This document shows positions 56,562 to 64,000 of a DNA stretch of 64,000 nucleotides, piece after piece. Position 1 is the first letter of the stretch. Each line of letters starts with the position of its first letter. Below the pieces are notes generated by a model that worked only from the letters and a program-made list of their open reading frames with translations, was not told the DNA's origin and made no database searches. The position numbers and the translations under genes were made by a program. The stretch is from Octopus vulgaris (lineage: Eukaryota). Where the stretch lies: NCBI GenBank assembly GCA_951406725.2, contig OX597838.1:2170001-2234000 (forward strand). The letters are read 5' to 3'.

Positions 56562-56954
56562 AAGAGAGATACATATATAGTTATATATATATATATAAAT
56601 GCATGCATATACATGTCTATATATTTATGTGTATATACACACACATACTCACACACTAACATATATAGACATATAAGTATGTCTGGGTAATATATATATA
56701 TCCATATATATAAAACTATATATTTGTATATATGTATATGTATAGTTATACACATATACAGATATATATATATGTGTGTGCGCGTGTGTGTGTGTGTGTG
56801 TGTGCATATATCTGTATGCGTTTGCCTGTATGTATTATAGGAGTGTATGTGTCTAATGGGCCGTGGCTGAGTTCAGAGTTAATGGTGTGTGTGATAAGAT
56901 AACAACTCTAGTTAATGTTTCTTTCCGACCATAGAGGAAAATGTGCTCTCACTT

Positions 56955-56993
<39 letters not shown>

Positions 56994-57769
56994 CTATGTT
57001 TGTATGTATGTATATATATATATATATATATATACATATGTATATATGTATATGTATATGTGTAAATATATATATATATATATATATATAGATATATATA
57101 TATGTATGTATATATACATATGTATAAAAGTGTGTGTATATGTGCATACATGCAGACATATATACATTCATATATACGTGTGTATGTATGTGGGTGTTCG
57201 TGCGTGGGTGTGTGAGGGTGTGTCTATATATGTTCGTGTTCTTGTGTGTAAATGTAGGTACAATATCTTCCTCGCATGTGTTAGCATGCATAAATTAAAC
57301 GCTATTCAATGAACGTCCGCTTGATTAAACATATTACAGCTAAACTTCATTACGTCCGCATTACTTCAAGTTTTCGTCGAAGAAGTTTCTTCAGATGCTT
57401 TACTCGCAAATCAACGGAACTCGTTTTGAATGTTGAAGAAATGATCAATACTTTCCGTTGTAAACGTCCTGTTTATATCCCTCTGCTCTTATTTCCCAGT
57501 TAAAATCTGTTGCACATGCAACAATTTACATTTAAATTACATATATTGATATTATCGCAGTTATTTCGTTAACTTGTCTCTTTATTTTGATATTATATCA
57601 TACTTCTTTGCATTTATCTATTCAGAAGTAGCTTTTCCGTTTACTTTGCATGTATTGTGCTTGATAATTGATAGATGATATGGAAACGTTCAATATATTC
57701 TTGTCTCGAGTGCCGTATATATCTGGAGAAGGTTCCGATGTTTCTCATTCCCTAATTTCTGAAAGAGAA

Positions 57770-58450
57770 TCTATGATCGATTAAGCGACTTTTAAAACTG
57801 CCTTCGCTCATACGAATATAACGTTGTAATGCTTCCCTCGCAATTCACCAGAGATTTTGCATTCGAAGATAATTCAATTGGTTAGGTAATTAGCATATTC
57901 TTAAGAAGTATCACTGATACAATTGGATAAGCCATCAATCTGTGACGTGAAAATGATTGTCGTATTGGAGTTGAGTTATGCAATGGCATCAATACCAAAC
58001 TCTAAGACAATTTAAATATTGTAGATTTCTATCCTTCAATCTCCAAAGTCCTTTTCGCAAAATCATTGGAATTCAAAAAGAAACATAATCCCACCATCTT
58101 CTACGACAGTGAGATAATGGTGCAGGATAATAAATCTCTGCTTTCAGCACCAATTCCAAATACTCGGATGCATTTGGTTTCGGAACCAAATTTATGATGT
58201 TTACGATAGTGCGGATGTAATCGGGCTCGTTTGATTATGAATTGCGAGTACATTGAAAACAAGATAATTTATGCAAGGCACGGGGTTATAGTAAGGAGAC
58301 AGCCTTTTAGTCAGGCACTGCACAAATAAACTTGGAAGAAATATGTAATGGAGATAGTTGATTGGTTAGAAAAAATTTCAAAACGTTGTCACAAAACCAA
58401 ATTCATCTTCACAAATTAGAGTTTTCACATAGAAACACGTTCAAGTACCG
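57770..58450 (+). pseudogene. Decayed PLE reverse transcriptase core
   Basis: IVDFYPSISKVLFAKSLEF resembles FDIVDFYPSI; NKSLL; YDSADVIGLV resembles YDGAEVCELVG; GL**GDSL resembles GLYRDDGL. Confidence 0.75.
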
Positions 58451-58872
58451 AACGGAGACAAACAAAACCAAACAAAATCTCTTCTTTTTGCCAATGAAAA
58501 TTCTTTTCCTATAGAATAGAAAAACAAAAAAAATTATTGTCCGCTCCATGTACTAACTAAACATTTATTTTTCGTGAAGAAAATGTTAGCAAAATATTTA
58601 TATTTATATATGTGTGTATATGTCTGGGTGTGTGTAGAACGAAAGAGAGAGAGGGGGAATAAATAAGTAAATTGATAGATAAATAGATAAATACACACAC
58701 AACCACAACATACACGCATATATATAATTAGATATCTTGACAGATATATACAGATTCACACAAAGGCTCAGAGGCGCAGAAACGAACACAGACATACACA
58801 CACACATACGCATACACACTCATACATACATGTATAAATGAGTGTGGATATATATAAGTACGCACATATATC

Positions 58873-58904
<32 letters not shown>

Positions 58905-60369
58905 TGTATGTATGTATGTATGTATGTATACCTGGTGGTTACGTTAGTGGCAGTAACATTGGCAGTGATATTGTTGTGGTGGTGATAGTGGGGATAGTGG
59001 TGGTGGCGATACTGACCTGGGTGGGAGTAGGAGTGGTGGTGTGTGGGTGTATTTTGTTATGTTAGAGATAGCGGCATTTTTGCGGGGATGGTCATAATAA
59101 TGGCAATGATAACGATGATGATGATGACCATAGTTGTCATGACAATAATGATAATGATTATGAGAAGGTGGAGGAGGAAGCGGAGGGGGTCTTCCTGCTG
59201 TTGTTGTTGGGGGTGATAGGGATAATAATAATAATTGTGGTGGTGGTGGTGGTGGTAGTTGTGGTGATGGTGTTGTTGTTGTTGTTGTTGGTGGTTGTGG
59301 TGGTGGTGGTGGTGGTGGTGGTGGTGGATGATAATGATGGTGATGACATTGACGACGACAATGATGATGATGATGACGACGACGACGACGACGACGATGA
59401 TGATGATGATGATGATGATGATGACTATGGTGGTTTTTATTGCTGGTGATGATGATGATAATAACGAATTACATTGAAGATAATAGTGCTGATGTTAATA
59501 ATGATGATAATGGTGTTAATAATGATAATGATAATAATTACAATAATGATGACGATAGCAGAAATAACAATAAGAAGGAGGAGGAGGAGGAGGAGGAGGA
59601 GGAGGAAAGTGAAAAAAGGAAATAAAAACAATAAAAACAAAAACATGAACAGCATCAAAAATAATGACGACGAGGAAAAATAAATTTAAAATATTTATTT
59701 ATTTATTTATTCTTCTTTTCTTTTTTTTTTGGCTTTTGATTAAAGTTAAGTAAACCTTATTACAGTTAATGGGTTTTTATGTTGCTGTTGTTCTTGTTGG
59801 TGTTATGGTGTCATTTGAGTGCTACGATTCTGTCTTTCCACTTTATTATCGCCATTATTTACATAACTCCCCACCAACTCACCATACTTTACTCGTCCCC
59901 CCCTCCTACTTCATTCCATACGAGTTTTTCTTTTTTTTAATGTGTATGTGTATGTGGTAGGCTGGTGTAGGGTGAAGCTTTCCCGAAATATTATAGATTA
60001 AAATGTTTAAATTGAATTTCCTGTGAAATGTTTGAAGTGAAGTTAATTCATCAGAGGAGATAAAGATCTTTCAATCATTTCAATGCTTACCAAAATCTTC
60101 AAAGGAACAAGCTACGCCTGAAAATGGAAATACCGTTATGGTTCGGCCTGATCGCAGAGACGGCCAAGTTAGTTGGTGCAGTAACCCTGGTAAACGTTCA
60201 GAACACGTGTTCGACCCCCACAATTTTCTGTTCACGAATATATCATCGTTCATGAGTTGTTGGAGTAATTGTTGTTGCTTTTGATGTCATTCAATCGAAG
60301 GTCGACGCATATGGAATAAACTTACTCTTAGTCGATCCAAGGATAGCATTTCGGCTTAGTTTAGCAATA

Positions 60370-60530
60370 GCATAGCTGTGGGTTTAAGAAGATTGCTTTC
60401 CAACCACGAGGTTTCCGGTTCAGTCACACTGCATGGCACCAGGGACAGAGATCTTTTGTTATAGCGCAGGCTGACCAATACTTTGTGTGTAAATTTGGTT
60501 GGAGGAAACGGCAGGGAAGCCCGTCCTATA
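60370..60530 (-). mobile_element. CORE-like SINE, 5' part; the head reads on + (GCTGTGGGTTTAAGAAG...GGTTCAGTC), so strand should be confirmed
   Basis: AGAAGATTGCTTTCCAACCAC..CCGGTTCAGTCACACTGCATGGCACC..GAAGCCCGTC matches the family head. Confidence 0.6.
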
Positions 60531-60850
60531 TATACACGCACATATGTGTAAAGAACAGAAAAGTGGTTTAAAATATATTAAAGAGACCAAATGACTTTTA
60601 AAATCTACGTAGACTTAAACCCCGCTTGTGTTCATTTTTATACCTACACCGCACCCAGAATCAGCCCTGAGTCGGATCTACAGTTTAAATTTGATTTGGT
60701 ACTAACATGTCTATAGCATGCTGCCAACATGTGACACCTTCATGGTTGTTTTGCCTCACTGTGATGGACCCTATTTTATTGTTTCTAACCATTCCTGGTG
60801 TCCTACGTGCTGATGTGCTTAGATCCCATCGAATCCTATAATTAACCATA

Positions 60851-60941
<91 letters not shown>

Positions 60942-60944
<3 letters not shown>

Positions 60945-61769
60945 CAGAAACAGAGACAGACAGGCAGGGGTACGAGGGAGGGGGGAGAGTGGGAATGATG
61001 GTAGGATGGTAGTGGATTTGCTACGAGCTCGACAAATTATCGCACAATGTTGCATGTCTGGTTGGCAACCACGTCAAGACCGCTCTCATACGTGGACCAT
61101 TCAGTAGAGAACCAGTCCCCCAGTGTAGAGTCGTTGCGTTGTATGAAGAGTGAATAGAGAATGAGAGAATATTAAGAAGCAATTTGACAATATTTTGTTT
61201 ATTTCGTAATAATTGTTTCAGCGACCGATAAGATGAATGACTAATGACAAATTATAAATCACATGATTACATCGATCATGGATTTCCTCTTCAAAACGAC
61301 GGCAGAAATATAATGAATCGCTAGGAATTAACATACTTAAATCATGGAAAAATATGTGTCAACCTAAAGGAGCGGGGTGAGGAGAGGTGGTGGTGGGTAG
61401 CTATATGACGTACTTAACGATTTAGATATTCATAGAAGGAAAACGTCGGTGCGGGTATGGGGTTAGAGTTGTCACCGAGCACACGGACCGGAGATCAATA
61501 GACTGTTCTGACCAAGACAAAGAGAAGAGACAAAACCAAGAATGCAAACAGGCTTACGATTATGCAAGAAGTGGTAGAAAAGGGGATGTTAATTGCGTTC
61601 ATATTTTAGGGGCTATAAACACCAAGAACTAGACGAGGTTGTGTGTTGATGAAGAGTGGAGTACGATAATTAGTCGAGCTCGTAGCGCCTCCACTACCAT
61701 CCTACCATCATTCCCACTCTCACCCCCTCTCTCGTCCCCCTGTCTGTCTGTCTGTCTCTGTTTCTGTAT
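60942..61769. mobile_element. ~830-bp element with ~105-bp inverted ends, adjacent to (TA)n
   Basis: 60942-61045 versus 61661-61769 reverse complement (GAGTGGGAATGATGGTAGGATGGTAGTGGA and GCTACGAGCTCGAC exact). Weak GIY-YIG-like remnants inside (RMREY*EAI; RRQKYNESLGIN). Confidence 0.75.
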
Positions 61770-62025
61770 GTATTTATATATCCACAGAGGGAGTAAGATT
61801 GCTTTTGTAAAATAGAGAGTGTGAGATTTCTAGATATAATAGTTTAGATATTTCTCGTAGCAAATTATATCTTATTATTATTTACGGACAACATTATCTT
61901 TGGGATGCAGATTTCGAAAATCAAATTTATGGCTCTCGGAGAGGCACCGTTTCAGAGCGTTTCAGGGCTAAACTCACATACATAACCACATACACTAACA
62001 TTTATACAGTATATCTCTCTCTCTC

Positions 62026-62071
<46 letters not shown>

Positions 62072-62088
62072 ATATATATATATGTATA

Positions 62089-62143
<55 letters not shown>

Positions 62144-62196
62144 ATGTATATGTATGTATACACATATATGTATATATATATATATATATATATGTA

Positions 62197-62385
62197 TGAT
62201 AGATCGCTAGCCACTAAACCCTTTTTATTTTCTCCCTGTTTATTTCTGTGTTCCTTTCTGTTGAAGAGCGTAGGCTCGAAACGTAAAAGACTTTCTCACT
62301 ATTCCGAACGTTAAACTAATACATTTGTTTGTTGTTTCCACACACGTCTTCGTCTTTTGTTTTTTCATAAATTCTGACTCTCTCT
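62197..62385 (+). mobile_element. Short HHR-variant element in (TA)n/(TC)n
   Basis: Family member of 34691 and 46310. Confidence 0.7.
62254..62289 (+). ncRNA. Minimal hammerhead motif with A6-to-U core variant
   Basis: CTTT-CTGTTGA-A-GAGC(GTAG)GCTC-GAAA-CG-TA-AAAG; both stems are intact. Confidence 0.65.
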
Positions 62386-62392
62386 CTCTCTC

Positions 62393-62462
<70 letters not shown>

Positions 62463-62529
62463 TAGTCTTTTTCTCTTTTACTCGTTTTGGTAATGCTGGA
62501 GCACCACCTTCGTGGACATTCCTGTCATA

Positions 62530-63060
62530 GACGAGAGATGAGGAGACGGCAATTATATTGGAATTATCTGCACAAATCATTTGTTTATTGTGATCAAATG
62601 TTAGTGCTGTACATTATCTTACCTGTCCCTCCATCAAATTGGCATTTCTTGTACAGGTGTATGGTTAGCCACACGGCAGATGTGGAATTGATCGCAGTAC
62701 AACGTGGAATAAAACGTTCTGCTCAAGAAGACAGCGCACTCACCGCTCGCCCGCTCGCTAGGCCATGATCCCAGCAGCGCGAAAGCAGTACCGTAAACGC
62801 TGGGCCGTTAGGAGCATGTCAAAAGTGGTATCTATACATGGCTGTGTAGACTGGACCAATAGAACTTAAATACATATATTACCTGAAAAGTCAGCGATAA
62901 TAGTAAAGGATAAAGACGGAAAACGAACGGCAAACAGCTCAGTGAACAGAGCGAAATGGTAACAAATCGACTACCTGTAGCTGTTCAAAGAACAATAGGG
63001 AGAAATAAGCGAAGTGTATGGCTGGCCATAAATTTAAAGTATGATATATAGCGATGAAGA
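62530..63060 (-). mobile_element. Old CR1/L2-like LINE remnant
   Basis: PSLSFTIIADFSGNI resembles P.LF.IYINDLP..I; SAVW/PYT..NANLMEGQ resembles SxVWxPY....IxxLExVQ. Confidence 0.45.
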
Positions 63061-63288
63061 TCGATAAATCAATATGATTGGTTTCTATCTCTCTCTCTCT
63101 TCTTAATTGACTCTTAACTCAAGCTTTCAGAGTTCAAAAATCTTAGAACGGTCTCCGGATTCTTGAAAGACCGTTATTGCTTTCAGATACCCGAGAATAC
63201 TGCACCGAATACATTTCCTATTGAACCAACCACACATGTCTTATAACTAATCCACATAAGCATGAATGCATACATACACATGTAACAT

Positions 63289-63360
<72 letters not shown>

Positions 63361-63509
63361 GCGTGTATGTATAAATATAGGTGTATATATATATGTATAT
63401 ATGTGTATATGTATCAATATATAGGAAGAGAGAGAAATAGCCAAAGAGAGAGGAAAACAAAGGGAAAGAAAATGAGATAGCGAGACAGAGATAGATAGAT
63501 AGATATACG

Positions 63510-63540
<31 letters not shown>

Positions 63541-63741
63541 TTTTGTGTGTGTGGAAATGTGTATTAGTGTATGTGTGTGTGTGTGTGCGTGTATGTATGA
63601 GCAATAGATCTTTAACGAAGCTAATCATTCCTAATAATAGACATTTCGCAGGCGATGAATTAGAAGTCAGCTGATCTGATTTTAATGAAGAAACATTGCA
63701 GCTTGCATTTTAATCATTAATTTTCTCATTTAGATACCAAC

Positions 63742-63794
<53 letters not shown>

Positions 63795-63811
63795 TATAAA
63801 GATGTATATGC

Positions 63812-63844
<33 letters not shown>

Positions 63845-64000
63845 CTATATACATGTGAATCTATGTACGTGTATACACCACGTATTGTATTTATTGAATT
63901 TACTGTATATATAATAGTATAATATCGATGAATTGGTAATCTATATCTGATAGTATTTAAATTGTTAATCTATAGATACATGCATACATATATGTATTTA

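Noticed and set aside
57310-57600. Possible minus-strand GIY-YIG remnant
   Set aside because: Requires several frameshifts; not convincing by eye.
61645-61680. TTGATGAAGAG.. as a degenerate HHR
   Set aside because: No GAAA or stem II; the same non-core bases are present in the other arm.

Overview
Eukaryotic, AT-rich, extremely microsatellite-dense non-coding DNA. Its SINE families and repeat landscape suggest an octopod cephalopod (Octopus-like); this assignment is an inference. No intact host protein-coding gene was recognisable, and almost all listed ORFs are translations of (CA)n/(TA)n/(TAA)n/(GATA)n tracts. The window holds many tRNA-derived SINE copies (a CORE-like family and a Nin/Deu-domain family), decayed R4/Dong-type RLE LINE fragments, a hAT-type MITE, a Tigger-like end and a CR1-like remnant. 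The most notable signal is a Penelope-like retroelement (PLE) ecosystem. It comprises three clear PLE RT/GIY-YIG remnants and one weak one, at least five type I hammerhead ribozyme (HHR) motifs (three within 1.6 kb) in short ORF-less elements sitting in dinucleotide repeats, and several elements whose 5' end is an inverted copy of their own tail. There are also two fold-back palindromes centred on (TA)n and a stack of four LINE 3' ends. All calls come from reading the sequence by eye; no database searches or folding programs were run.
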